Shown: piece after piece, positions 29,871-41,218 of the stretch
How the letters are laid out: every line of letters begins with the position of its first letter
Position numbering within the stretch: position 1 is the first letter of the stretch
From: Polyangia bacterium
GTDB lineage: Bacteria > Myxococcota_A > Polyangia > Fen-1088
NCBI GenBank assembly: GCA_036268875.1
Contig: DATATI010000074.1
Coordinates: 133,886 to 197,885 of the forward strand
Reading direction: 5' to 3'
Length of the DNA: 64,000 nt
Position numbers and translations under genes: made by a program
Notes under the pieces: model-generated
Told to the model about the DNA's origin: nothing
Database searches by the model: none
Seen by the model: only the letters and a program-made list of their open reading frames with translations

Positions 29871-30812
29871 GTGGCGCGCTATCTCATCACTGGCGGTGCC
29901 GGATTCATTGGCTCTTCGCTGGCGCGAGCGCTGCTGGCGCGCGGAGACCAGGTCCGCATCCTGGACAATTTCTCGTCGGGCAAGCGCGAGAACATCGCCG
30001 ACTTTGCCGACAAGGTGGAGCTGATCGCCGGCGACATCCTGGACGAAGCGGCGCTGACGCGCGCGCTGGGCGCGGTCGAGGTGGTCTTTCACGAGGCGGC
30101 GATCCCGTCGGTGCCGAAGTCGATGGCCGAGCCGGTGGAGAATCACGAAGCCAACGCCACCGGCACACTGAAGGTGCTCGACCGCGCGAAAAAGGCGGGT
30201 GTTCGCCGGGTGGTCTACGCGGCCTCGTCGGCGGCGTACGGCGACGAGCCGACGCAGCCAAAGGTCGAAACCATGCCGCCCATGCCCATCTCGCCGTACG
30301 GCGCTTCGAAGCTGGCGGGTGAGCAATACTGTCACGTCTACGCCAAGGCCTACGGTCTCGAGACAGTGGCCTTGCGCTATTTCAACGTCTTTGGCCCGCG
30401 CCAGGATCCAGCGTCCGAGTACGCGGCGGTGATCCCGAAGTTCATCACCATGGCGCTGGGCGGTCAGACGCCGCGCATCTTCGGCGATGGCAGCCAATCG
30501 CGCGATTTCTGTTTCATCGACAACATCATCGAAGCCAACTTCAAGGCGGCCTCGGTCGACGCGGCTTTGGTCTCGGGTGGCGTCTTCAACGTGGCGTGCG
30601 GCGTGGCCACGGATTTGAATCAGGTGGTGGCGCAGATCGGCGACGTGCTGGGCAAGAAACTGGACGCACGTCACGAGGCCGAACGGGCCGGCGACATCAA
30701 ACATTCGCTGGCCGACATCTCGGCGGCGCGCGGCCGGCTGGGGTACACCGCGGCGGTTTCATTCGCCGAAGGGCTGCGCCGCACCGTCGAGTGGTATAGA
30801 AGCAAGGCGTGA
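29871..30812 (+). CDS. NAD-dependent epimerase/dehydratase (SDR family; UDP-sugar 4-epimerase-like)
   Basis: Rossmann motif ITGGAGFIGS. Catalytic YxxxK (SPYGASK). The WbpP/GalE-like family signature across 313 aa. Confidence 0.85.
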   Translation: MARYLITGGAGFIGSSLARALLARGDQVRILDNFSSGKRENIADFADKVELIAGDILDEAALTRALGAVEVVFHEAAIPSVPKSMAEPVENHEANATGTLKVLDRAKKAGVRRVVYAASSAAYGDEPTQPKVETMPPMPISPYGASKLAGEQYCHVYAKAYGLETVALRYFNVFGPRQDPASEYAAVIPKFITMALGGQTPRIFGDGSQSRDFCFIDNIIEANFKAASVDAALVSGGVFNVACGVATDLNQVVAQIGDVLGKKLDARHEAERAGDIKHSLADISAARGRLGYTAAVSFAEGLRRTVEWYRSKA

Positions 30813-30858
30813 TCGCCCACCGATTGAATCGCCGCCAACCCTTGCAGGACAACACCGC

Positions 30859-31719
30859 GTGCTGAGCATGACGGGCTTCGGTGGCGGCACCGCCGAGGTG
30901 GGGGGGCGCCGCTTCCACGTCGAGATTCGGTCGGTCAATCACCGCGGCCTGGATCTCAAGATCCGCACCCGCGAACCCGACGCCACCTGCGACGCCGAGA
31001 TCGCCCGCGCCGTGCGCGCCGCCGTCGAACGCGGCGCCGTCACCGTGCACCTGCGCGACGACAACACACCCACCAACGAGGGCATCGATGCCGCTCGGGC
31101 CAAGACGACGTACCGAGAGCTGCAGCGCCTGCGCGATGATCTGAACATCACCGCCGCCATCAATCTGGAGACCATCGTGGCGTTCATGGGCGCCACGCGC
31201 AGCTCAAGCCTGGGCGGCGAAACCCTCTGGGAGGCGCTGCGCCCGGCGGTGACGGCGGCGCTGAAAGAATTGCGGCTGACCCGCCAGCGGGAAGGCCATT
31301 CCCTCGCCGAAGACATTCATGGTCGGATCAAAACCCTGGAAACGATTGCCGCCCGGCTGCAGTCAGAGTCGGCGGCGCTGCCTGAACGGTTCGCCCAGCG
31401 ACTGACCGAACGGCTGGCCAACGTGCGCGGCCAGGCCGGCATCGACGAGGGACGGCTGGCCCAGGAGATCGCTCTTTTGGCCGAGCGCTTGGACGTCACT
31501 GAAGAGCTGGTCCGCCTGCGCACGCACCTTTCGCACCTCAGCGACATTTGCCGCGCGGACGGCGCCGTCGGTCGCAAGCTGGACTTCATCATTCAGGAAG
31601 TCGGCCGCGAGCTCAACACCGTAGGCTCGAAGGCCCAGGACGCCGGCGTGGCCGCCCTGGTCATCGACGGCAAGGTCGAGCTGGAGAAGCTGCGCGAGCA
31701 GGCGCAGAACATCGAATAG
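30859..31719 (+). CDS. yicC: YicC family protein
   Basis: N-terminal YicC signature (LSMTGFGGGTAEVGGRRFHVEIRSVNHRGLDLKIR). About 286 aa. Conserved position upstream of gmk. Confidence 0.8.
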   Translation: MLSMTGFGGGTAEVGGRRFHVEIRSVNHRGLDLKIRTREPDATCDAEIARAVRAAVERGAVTVHLRDDNTPTNEGIDAARAKTTYRELQRLRDDLNITAAINLETIVAFMGATRSSSLGGETLWEALRPAVTAALKELRLTRQREGHSLAEDIHGRIKTLETIAARLQSESAALPERFAQRLTERLANVRGQAGIDEGRLAQEIALLAERLDVTEELVRLRTHLSHLSDICRADGAVGRKLDFIIQEVGRELNTVGSKAQDAGVAALVIDGKVELEKLREQAQNIE

Positions 31720-31779
31720 CCGGTGGGCAAGACCGTCCCCGGCGCGACGGCCGGCGCCGAATCAGGCAAAATAGGGACA

Positions 31780-32453
31780 ATGACAGAGGCGGAGACAGGG
31801 CACAGGCGCGGCATTCTTTTGGTCATCTCATCACCGTCGGGCGCCGGCAAGACCACTCTGGCGCGGGCCGTGGCCCAGTCGGAACGGCTGGAGTTCTCGG
31901 TCTCGTATACCACCCGGGCGCCACGGCCGGGCGAGCGTGACGGCGTCGATTACAAATTTGTTACGGACGACGAGTTCACCGAGATGATCGGCCGCAAGGA
32001 GTTCGCCGAGTGGGCCATGGTCCACGGCAAAAGATACGGCACCGCGGTCCACACCGTGAACCGGGCCCTCGACGACGGCAAAGACTATCTCTTCGACATC
32101 GACTATCAGGGCGGCGCCCAGATTCGCCAGCAGTGGCCGGAAGAGAGCGTGTTGGTGTTCATCCTGCCGCCGTCCATGGCCGAGCTTGAACGCCGCCTGC
32201 GCCGCCGGGCCACCGATTCGCACGAGGCCATCGAACGCCGCCTGGCCATGGCCAAGCGCGAGCTGGAGCACTACGGCGAATACGATTACCTGGTGGTCAA
32301 CGACAACCTTGAAACCGCGCTGAAGGAGTTGTCATCGATATATGTTGCGGCTCGCTGCGCCCGTTCGCGCAGCGCACACCTGGGCCAGGCGTTGCTTAGC
32401 GAGGCGCGCCTGGCCGAGGAAACGGAAACGGAAGGACTGCCGCCTCCCACGCA

Positions 32454-32457
<4 letters not shown>
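31780..32457 (+). CDS. gmk: Guanylate kinase
   Basis: P-loop SSPSGAGKTTL. The YTTRAPRPGERDGVDYKFV signature. The ATG at 31780 has an AGGGA RBS. An alternative GTG lies at 31723. Confidence 0.88.
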
Positions 32458-34610
<2,153 letters not shown>

Positions 34611-34645
34611 CGTGGCCGCGCAGCCCTGCTAAAAAACGGCCCGCC

Positions 34646-34795
34646 ATGGCCTCTAACACGCGTAAGACTTGGAAACGGCGTAGCCGCATGCACTCGAACC
34701 TGGGAAAAAAGCGCAAGGCGATCGACAGCAAGCGCTCGACCTTGCCCGCGGCGAAGCTTTTCGCCGGTTTGGGCGAACCTGGTAAGCCGGTTTGA
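34646..34795 (+). CDS. Small basic hypothetical protein (49 aa) - doubtful
   Basis: ORF MASNTRKTWKRRSRMHSNLGKKRKAIDSKRS... in the 340-bp spacer after spoT. No clear RBS. A GGGACCG-N-CGGTCCC hairpin follows. Confidence 0.2.
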   Translation: MASNTRKTWKRRSRMHSNLGKKRKAIDSKRSTLPAAKLFAGLGEPGKPV

Positions 34796-34800
34796 AGATT

Positions 34801-34816
34801 TGGGACCGACCGGTCC
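34801..34816 (+). terminator. Possible stem-loop terminator (GGGACCG-N-CGGTCCC) after the spoT-distal small ORF
   Basis: Perfect GC-rich inverted repeat followed by a T-containing tail (ttcgctcccaatttcc). Weak T-tract, as is usual in high-GC genomes. Confidence 0.25.
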
Positions 34817-34951
34817 CTTCGCTCCCAATTTCCAGCCCGGTCCCCCCGGACGTCAATCTATGCGGGCAAATTTGGCTAACATCGACTAACATCGCGCAAC
34901 GACACGCAAGTCGTCACACAGCTGTTTCAGTCATGACTGGCCAGGAGCTGG

Positions 34952-36937
34952 ATGAAAGTCTGCCCGAACTGCCAAACCAAGTATCCTGACGACGGAAATT
35001 TTTGCCCGCAGGAGTCCTGCGCTACCGCCGATGGGCCGCGCCGATTGGTTGCCGCCCCCGAAGAAGCACCGCCGGAGCGATACCAAAGGCAAACCCGCAT
35101 CGGTGGCACCCGCGGCGGCGAGGTTTGGAAGGCGACGGATACCCAAACGGGCGGCGAGGTGGCGTACAAGCTGGTGGCCGCCGGCGTCCTGCCCACGCCG
35201 ACGTCAGTCGAGCGCGCCCTGCGCGAGCTTAAGCAACTGACCCGGGCCCAAAACCCCCACATCGCCCGCGTGCTCGACTTCGGCAAGAGTGCCGACGGTC
35301 GCGTGTTCGTGGTCAGCGAGCTGTTGGCCGCCACGCCCCTGGATCAGGTGGTCCGGCAGGGAGGGCCGCTGCCCCTCGAGCGGGCCAAGAAGATCAGCGC
35401 CCAGATCGGCGAGGCGCTGCTGGAAGGCCAGAAGGTCGGCGTCATCCATCACGATCTGGCGGCCAAGAACATCCTGGTCGCGGCCAACGACGACGTCAGG
35501 GTGATCAACTTTCCGACGCCCCGTCCGCTGTCCGAGACGGTCTTCGGCGTGGCCGACTACGTGTCGCCCGAGCAAGCGGAAGGCAAGCTGGTCGATCAGC
35601 GTTCGAACACGTACAACCTGGGTGCCATCCTGATGTTGATGCTCACCGGCGAGCCGCCCTTCACCGGCCCCGACGAGCAAGCGGTGTTACACAGTGTTCT
35701 GCACGACGAGTTGGTGCCGCCCAGTCGCCGCAACCCGGGTCTGTCAGCGGATGTCGACCGCCTGGTAGGGAAGGCGCTGGAACGAAACTCCAGTCGCCGG
35801 CCGCTGACCTTGCGCCAGTTTCTCAACGACGTGGCCGGTCTCTCTCCGCCGCCGCCAGGAGCCACGCCCGGATCAACCGGTGGCGTGACCGTAGGGACGG
35901 GCCAGGGCGGGAACAACTTTGCCCGGACGATGATGTTTGCCGGCGGCGCGCCTGAGATTCAAAAGCTGGTGGCAGAAGCCGCCGCCGCACGCGCCGAGGC
36001 GCACGCTTCCAATGGCGCCAGTGCGCACGCGGCGCCCGTCGCCGCCGGTGGGGCCAACGCCGCCGAGTCCGGACCGGCGGAAGCCGCGGCAGCGCCAGCC
36101 GCCGCACCGGCAGCAGCGGCGGCTTCGGTTGGAAGTCCCGCCGCTGCTCCCGAGACCCCGTCGACCGGACGACGCGCTCACGGCGCGGCGATCGCCGCCA
36201 CCATGGTGGCCATGCCAGCAGCGACCCCGCCCCCGGTGGCCAAAGGCACCACCCCGGCCGTGGGCGTCGAAAAGGCTGCCGCCGGCAAGGGCGGCTCGCC
36301 CGGCAACCCAAACTTTCGCGAGACATTGTGGTTCAAGAAGGGCGACGTCGATCAGATGGTCGCCGACGCCAAGGCCAAGGTCGTTGCCGCGCAGAAAGGC
36401 CGCTCCGCCACACCCGCGCCAGGAGAAGCCGAAGTTCCCGTCGAGGATGCCCGGCCCCTGGAAGATCGCTATGTCGACGACGGCTCGCTGACCGTCGAGG
36501 ATCGCAAGAAGTTCTCCCTGCGCAGCGGGGCGACCTCGACCGCGCTGCCGACGGTGGCGTCGGCGGTTCCCGGCTCGCGCATGAGCGACAATGAAATGCT
36601 GGACGAGATCGGCGGCGGCAAACGCACCACGATCATCGTCGGCGCGGCGGCGGCAGTGGTCGCGCTGATCGTCGTGCTGATCGTCGCCATCAAAGGCAAA
36701 AGCGAGCGCCCCCCCGCCGCGCCGGCGCCCGCCGCGGCAGCTCCCGCCGAGCCGACGCCGCCGCCCAAACCGGCACCCGCCACGACTGCGCCGACGCCTC
36801 CGCCCGCTGCCGAGCCGGCAGCGCCCGTCGCCGAGCCGCCCAAGGAAGCCGCCCCCAGGCCACACGCCGCGGTCGCCAGCCACAAGAAAGCAGCGGCCAA
36901 GAAAAAAGCCGCCGCACCCGCCAAGAAAAAGCACTGA
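34952..36937 (+). CDS. Ser/Thr protein kinase-like protein (probable pseudokinase) with N-terminal zinc ribbon, TM helix and Lys/Ala-rich tail
   Basis: MKVCPNCQTKYPDDGNFCPQ zinc ribbon. Kinase fold with VAYK and HHDLAAKN, but DFG is replaced by NFP. Long Ala/Pro low-complexity region. TM (TTIIVGAAAAVVALIVVLIVAI). C-terminal AAKKKAAAPAKKKH. Confidence 0.8.
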   Translation: MKVCPNCQTKYPDDGNFCPQESCATADGPRRLVAAPEEAPPERYQRQTRIGGTRGGEVWKATDTQTGGEVAYKLVAAGVLPTPTSVERALRELKQLTRAQNPHIARVLDFGKSADGRVFVVSELLAATPLDQVVRQGGPLPLERAKKISAQIGEALLEGQKVGVIHHDLAAKNILVAANDDVRVINFPTPRPLSETVFGVADYVSPEQAEGKLVDQRSNTYNLGAILMLMLTGEPPFTGPDEQAVLHSVLHDELVPPSRRNPGLSADVDRLVGKALERNSSRRPLTLRQFLNDVAGLSPPPPGATPGSTGGVTVGTGQGGNNFARTMMFAGGAPEIQKLVAEAAAARAEAHASNGASAHAAPVAAGGANAAESGPAEAAAAPAAAPAAAAASVGSPAAAPETPSTGRRAHGAAIAATMVAMPAATPPPVAKGTTPAVGVEKAAAGKGGSPGNPNFRETLWFKKGDVDQMVADAKAKVVAAQKGRSATPAPGEAEVPVEDARPLEDRYVDDGSLTVEDRKKFSLRSGATSTALPTVASAVPGSRMSDNEMLDEIGGGKRTTIIVGAAAAVVALIVVLIVAIKGKSERPPAAPAPAAAAPAEPTPPPKPAPATTAPTPPPAAEPAAPVAEPPKEAAPRPHAAVASHKKAAAKKKAAAPAKKKH

Positions 36938-36962
36938 GCGGCGCGCCGGCGCCCGCGCGCGC

Positions 36963-37901
36963 CTAGACGAGGCTGACCAGAGGGAATCGGCGGTCGGTGC
37001 TTGTGCCGGACAAGGTTAAAGCGCTGTCTCGATCTGCCTCGGCAACCAGCCGAATCGCTTGAGAGATGTCCAGCTGGCCACGCGCCAATACGGCCAAGGC
37101 CTCGGGGATGAGATCCGGGTGGTAGCCACCTCCGACGAGGACCCGCGTGGCCACCAGACCATCGAAACCGACCAGTTGACCGGGCAGGCCGCGGCGAAAG
37201 GCCAGCGTCGCGCCCGGTGCGGCCAGATGTAAAGCCATCGTGGCCCACGCTGGTTCAGCACTGAAGACGAAGATGCGGCGCTCGGGACGCCCGGGGCCGG
37301 CGCCGCTGGCTGCCTCGGCGGCGGCGATGGTGGCTTGCCAGCCGCCCGGAGTCTCCGTCGCCGGCAGCGTGACGATCGGCTCGCCGACGGCGGCCGACGC
37401 AGCGGATTCGCTGCGCTCGCTGGAACCGACCACGCCGACGGTGAAGGTGCGGCAGCTGCGCCGGGCGCTGAAAGCGGCGCCCAGCGACACCCACGGCTCG
37501 TCGCCGATCCAGATGGCGGTGTCGCCCGGACCAAGACCGCTGCGGGCGGTGGCGTCCAGGATCTCCGCCACCAAGCCCGCTCCAGCCACCACCTCCGAGC
37601 GCAGTTCCCCCCAGGCAGGTTCGCCAAGTTCGGTGATAAAACGATCCGGAACATCGACGGCGGTGTGCTGGTCGAGGGAGATCGGCGTTCGCTGGTTCGG
37701 GCAGGCCGCCGTCAGGGCGCGGCGGCAATAGGGACACTCGCCGCACGGCAAAGGTGAGGGGACGAACACCCGTCGTGGGCCGGGGCCGCCGTCGACAACT
37801 GCCACCGCATCGCCGGCGCGTACCGCGGACACGCCGACCAGCAGGTGAGTGGCGGTGACGCGCAAAAGCGGACCGCCGCCCTTGCCATCGTCAAGGCGCA
37901 T
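36963..37901 (-). CDS. Zinc-binding alcohol dehydrogenase-like / MDR superfamily oxidoreductase
   Basis: Structural-zinc Cys cluster (CGECPYCRRALTAACPNQ). GroES-like N-terminus (LLRVTATHLLVGVSAVRAGDAVAVVDG). The ATG at 37901 overlaps the upstream gene by 11 nt. Confidence 0.65.
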   Translation of the reverse strand: MRLDDGKGGGPLLRVTATHLLVGVSAVRAGDAVAVVDGGPGPRRVFVPSPLPCGECPYCRRALTAACPNQRTPISLDQHTAVDVPDRFITELGEPAWGELRSEVVAGAGLVAEILDATARSGLGPGDTAIWIGDEPWVSLGAAFSARRSCRTFTVGVVGSSERSESAASAAVGEPIVTLPATETPGGWQATIAAAEAASGAGPGRPERRIFVFSAEPAWATMALHLAAPGATLAFRRGLPGQLVGFDGLVATRVLVGGGYHPDLIPEALAVLARGQLDISQAIRLVAEADRDSALTLSGTSTDRRFPLVSLV

Positions 37902-38475
37902 CGACGATCTTGAAGCGCAACGTGTGCGGCTGCCCGGCGCGCGTGAAATCGATAACCAGCGCCGAGGATGTGCGCAGCCCGTCCCACACGTCGCTGGCTT
38001 CTTCGGGGCGCTCGACCGGGCGGCCATTGACCCGCGTGATGACATCACCGGCGCGCAGATCGAGATCGGCATAGCAGGCGTCCTCGGCCGGCAAGGTGCG
38101 GATGATCCAGCCGCGGAAGCGGCCGTGGTCCAGTTTCGGATCAACGTCGACGTTCTGTAGCCAGTGGCCAAGACCGCCATCCAGCGTTCGCACCACGGCT
38201 GCCCGCCGCAGGCCGTCGGTTCCCCGGCGCGCTTCGCAGCTGGCCACCGACGCCCGCGGCAATGTCGCCGGTTCCGTTGGTTCAGTTTGATGCGCGATCG
38301 AGGACGCTGTGTCGGCCGCCGCAAGCGCGGGCGGGGTGGCTGCTGCAGAGGCCGGCGCCGGCGCGGGATTCTCCGCGCAGCCGCTCAGCGCGGCGCTGGC
38401 CAGCGTGGCAAACACGATTAGTCCTGCTGCGCGGCCTTGTTTTTCCAATTGCCTTACGCCTCCAGTTTTTGTCAC
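37891..38475 (-). CDS. PDZ domain-containing lipoprotein (GspC-like PDZ)
   Basis: Lipobox (ATLASAALSGC). Ala/Pro linker. C-terminal PDZ-like segment (LRAGDVITRVNGRPVERPEEASDVWDGL). Overlaps the tmk stop by 4 nt. Confidence 0.6.
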   Translation of the reverse strand: MTKTGGVRQLEKQGRAAGLIVFATLASAALSGCAENPAPAPASAAATPPALAAADTASSIAHQTEPTEPATLPRASVASCEARRGTDGLRRAAVVRTLDGGLGHWLQNVDVDPKLDHGRFRGWIIRTLPAEDACYADLDLRAGDVITRVNGRPVERPEEASDVWDGLRTSSALVIDFTRAGQPHTLRFKIVDAP

Positions 38476-39125
38476 GGCGGTCTTGCGGTCGCGTCCAGCA
38501 AGGCGTCGACGGCCGCTACCGCCGAAGCCGTCACGTCGTCAATCGCGCGCGCGGCGTCCAACACCACCACGCCCACCGGATCGGCGGCGGCCAGCCGGCG
38601 GTAATTGGCCGCCACCCGTTCTTGCAACGGGTCAGCGTCGTAACGTTCGATCGGGCGTCCGGCGGCGCGTCGGCGGTCAGCGGCGATGGCGACCGGCACG
38701 TCCAGCAGCAATGTGAGATCAGGACGCCGCACCTGCCGAGCCAGGCTGGCCACCCAGTCGCGCTCCGCTTCTTCAGCCTGATAGGCCAGGGATGACAGCA
38801 GGTAGCGATCAGAAACGACGTCAGTACTGGCGGCCAGCGCCGGCTGGATCTCTCGCGCCAGGTGATCGCGGCGATCGGCGGCGAACAGCAGGGCCATGGC
38901 CCGTCCGTCGACAGGGGCGCCGTCGGGGCCACGGTGCTGGCCGGTCAAGAGCTGGCGCAGCAGCAGGCCCACGGGGCCGCCGCTGGGCTCGCGGGTGGCG
39001 ACGGCTTTGCGGCCACGCGCCTGCAGATGGGCCACCAGGCGCGGCAACTGGGTGGTGGTGCCGGAGCCGTCGATACCCTCCAGCACCACGAAAATCGGCC
39101 ACTGCGTTTGCCTGCTCTCCGTCAA
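38472..39125 (-). CDS. tmk: Thymidylate (dTMP) kinase
   Basis: P-loop LEGIDGSGTTTQ. DRY motif (SDRYLLSSLAYQ). 217 aa. Confidence 0.88.
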   Translation of the reverse strand: MTESRQTQWPIFVVLEGIDGSGTTTQLPRLVAHLQARGRKAVATREPSGGPVGLLLRQLLTGQHRGPDGAPVDGRAMALLFAADRRDHLAREIQPALAASTDVVSDRYLLSSLAYQAEEAERDWVASLARQVRRPDLTLLLDVPVAIAADRRRAAGRPIERYDADPLQERVAANYRRLAAADPVGVVVLDAARAIDDVTASAVAAVDALLDATARPP

Positions 39126-39178
39126 GTATCACCCGTGACCGCGCTGGTCTATAACTTGGCCCTCCGATCTACACGGAC

Positions 39179-40663
39179 TTGCCCTTGGCCTCCAGAGAAA
39201 CGAAGAGGTGCCTGCTGTTCGCCGCGCTGAGCGTTGCCGTCTTGGCGGCGGCGGGCGGTTGCCGTCGCTCGCCCGGCAAGTCCGCCGCACCCAATGCGCC
39301 TCCGTCGACCACCGAAGCCGGCGATGTTCGCTGCGTGGAACGACCGGAAGGGTGCATCTGGTGTGAAGGCCGCACCACCGTGCCGGCGCTGGTGGACCCG
39401 GACGGCCCGCCAGCGTTGCTGTGCGATCCGAATGATCCGGGCAACTGCGTCGACTTCTGTTCGTCGCTGATGCCAGAGTGCGCCGCGCCCTGGCACAGCG
39501 GCGGCAGTTGCCTCTTGCCGTCGGAGGAAGAATTTCGTCGCGAGCTGTTCCGTCGCGACACCTCCGACCGTCCCGAGGTCCTGGTGCAGGGCCGAATCCT
39601 GGATGAAGCCGGAAAACCGGTCGAGGCGGCGCACATTCGCGTCTGGTGGCAGGGAACGCGGGTCATGGACGAGACGTCGGGCAAGGAAGGCGCCTTCCGT
39701 CTTCGTCTGCGCGCCGGACCGTGGACCTATTCGGTCAGCATTGCACGACCCGGGTTGGCCACCGACGTCGCCGAGCTGAAGTTGGACAAGGCCGGCACAG
39801 TGACGCGGGTGTTTCACCTTGAGCCGGAGAACCTGATTCGAGGCCGGGTGATCGACAACGCCGGCGCCCCGGTCGGCGGCGTCACCGTCGCCGCGCTTCG
39901 CAATCCGGAGGATCAGATCGAAACCAATGCCACCCAGACCGGGGAGGATGGGAACTTCGTGCTGGGCGGCCTCAAAGGCCGGCGTTACTTTTTGCGCGGC
40001 TCAAAATTCGGCTGGCTGCCGGTGACGCTGAAAGCGGCGACGCCGGCGCCGACCAACCCGACCCGGGTGACCATCAAGCTCACCCGCACCGGGGTGATTC
40101 GCGGCTCGGTGGTGGACAGCGACGGCGACGGTCAGCCGAATGCCACTGTGGTGGCGCTGCTATCGTCGGGCGGGATCGCCGGCTCGCCGATCATCTGGAG
40201 CGCCGACAGCCAGGGGACGTTCGCGCAGGATCGCTTTCAGACCGGGACGTACTACCTCTGGGCGCGCCACGGCGAAATGCTGGTCTATCCGCCGGAGAAG
40301 ATCGAAATCACGGACGCTAACCTACGCGCGAACATTCGCCTCAAGCTGACCCATCGCGGCGCCCGGGTGCGCGGGGTGATAAAGCCGCAGCAGGGTGGAC
40401 GGCTGCTCGACCCGGAGGCGCGCGCCGTGCTGCTGGGGCGTTCGCCCCTGGCGTTGCCGCGCAAGGCAGTGGGCGAGATCGATCGCGACGGGCATTTCGT
40501 GGTCACCGGGGTGCTGCCGGGCCGTTACGACCTGAGCCTGCGAGTGGGATCTCGCCTTCTGCCCATCGCCAGCGGGCCGCGCGAGGTGGAGGTTCCGATC
40601 GATCCGGGGGCCACCGTCGATCTGCCCGAGCCGGTGGTGGTGCGGTCGCCATCGGAAGAGTGA
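39179..40663 (+). CDS. Exported lipoprotein with carboxypeptidase-regulatory-like (CarbopepD_reg) beta-sandwich repeats
   Basis: TTG start. Lipobox (AVLAAAGGC). Repeated motif G.V.D..G.P...A.V (GRVIDNAGAPVGGVTVAAL, GSVVDSDGDGQPNATVVAL). Confidence 0.65.
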   Translation: MPLASRETKRCLLFAALSVAVLAAAGGCRRSPGKSAAPNAPPSTTEAGDVRCVERPEGCIWCEGRTTVPALVDPDGPPALLCDPNDPGNCVDFCSSLMPECAAPWHSGGSCLLPSEEEFRRELFRRDTSDRPEVLVQGRILDEAGKPVEAAHIRVWWQGTRVMDETSGKEGAFRLRLRAGPWTYSVSIARPGLATDVAELKLDKAGTVTRVFHLEPENLIRGRVIDNAGAPVGGVTVAALRNPEDQIETNATQTGEDGNFVLGGLKGRRYFLRGSKFGWLPVTLKAATPAPTNPTRVTIKLTRTGVIRGSVVDSDGDGQPNATVVALLSSGGIAGSPIIWSADSQGTFAQDRFQTGTYYLWARHGEMLVYPPEKIEITDANLRANIRLKLTHRGARVRGVIKPQQGGRLLDPEARAVLLGRSPLALPRKAVGEIDRDGHFVVTGVLPGRYDLSLRVGSRLLPIASGPREVEVPIDPGATVDLPEPVVVRSPSEE

Positions 40664-40695
40664 AACGCGGGCCAGAAAATCTGCGCGGGCGCCGG

Positions 40696-41157
40696 TCAGT
40701 GCAGGACGCGCATGCGGCTTAGGCAATCTTGCAGCACGTGATGGCTCTCGTTTTCAAACGAGGTGAAGCGCACCGCCATCCCCGAGACGGCCTTGCAGAT
40801 GCCACCCTGGGTGAAGTTGATAAAATAGTGGTTCTTCACCTCGCCGGTCGCCACCACATCGCCGGAACCATCGGGCACCGGGAAGCAGACGCGCACGCTC
40901 GCTCCCAGCGGCAGTGGATCGCGCAGCTCGAGAAAGATCCCGCCCGCCGAGACATTGCGGGCGACGCAGTAAAGCTCGCCAAAAAGCAGCGATTCAACCC
41001 GCACCGAGAACATCTTGTCGAAGCGCAGGTGCGCGCGCTTTTCCGCATCTTCAGTGGATGCGATCAACATATCGTCGGTGGCTTCGACGATGGCGCCATC
41101 GCTGGACGCAGCAATGTCAGGCGAAGAAGAATCCGAAGGGCTGCTCATGAATGGCAT
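40696..41157 (-). CDS. PilZ domain protein (putative c-di-GMP receptor)
   Basis: RxxxR (HLRFDKMF) and D.S.GG (ARNVSAGGIFLE) PilZ motifs. 153 aa. Confidence 0.7.
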   Translation of the reverse strand: MPFMSSPSDSSSPDIAASSDGAIVEATDDMLIASTEDAEKRAHLRFDKMFSVRVESLLFGELYCVARNVSAGGIFLELRDPLPLGASVRVCFPVPDGSGDVVATGEVKNHYFINFTQGGICKAVSGMAVRFTSFENESHHVLQDCLSRMRVLH

Positions 41158-41218
41158 CGTACAGTGTGCCGTAATGAAGTCAAAAATCCTACATGTAGGT
41201 CAGAATTAACTTGTCGAT

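Noticed and set aside
26924-30704. Long minus-strand ORFs (555 aa and 833 aa) across the SBP, TPR and epimerase genes
   Set aside because: Antisense to well-supported genes (SBP_bac_5, SDR epimerase). Low-complexity, Arg-rich translation.
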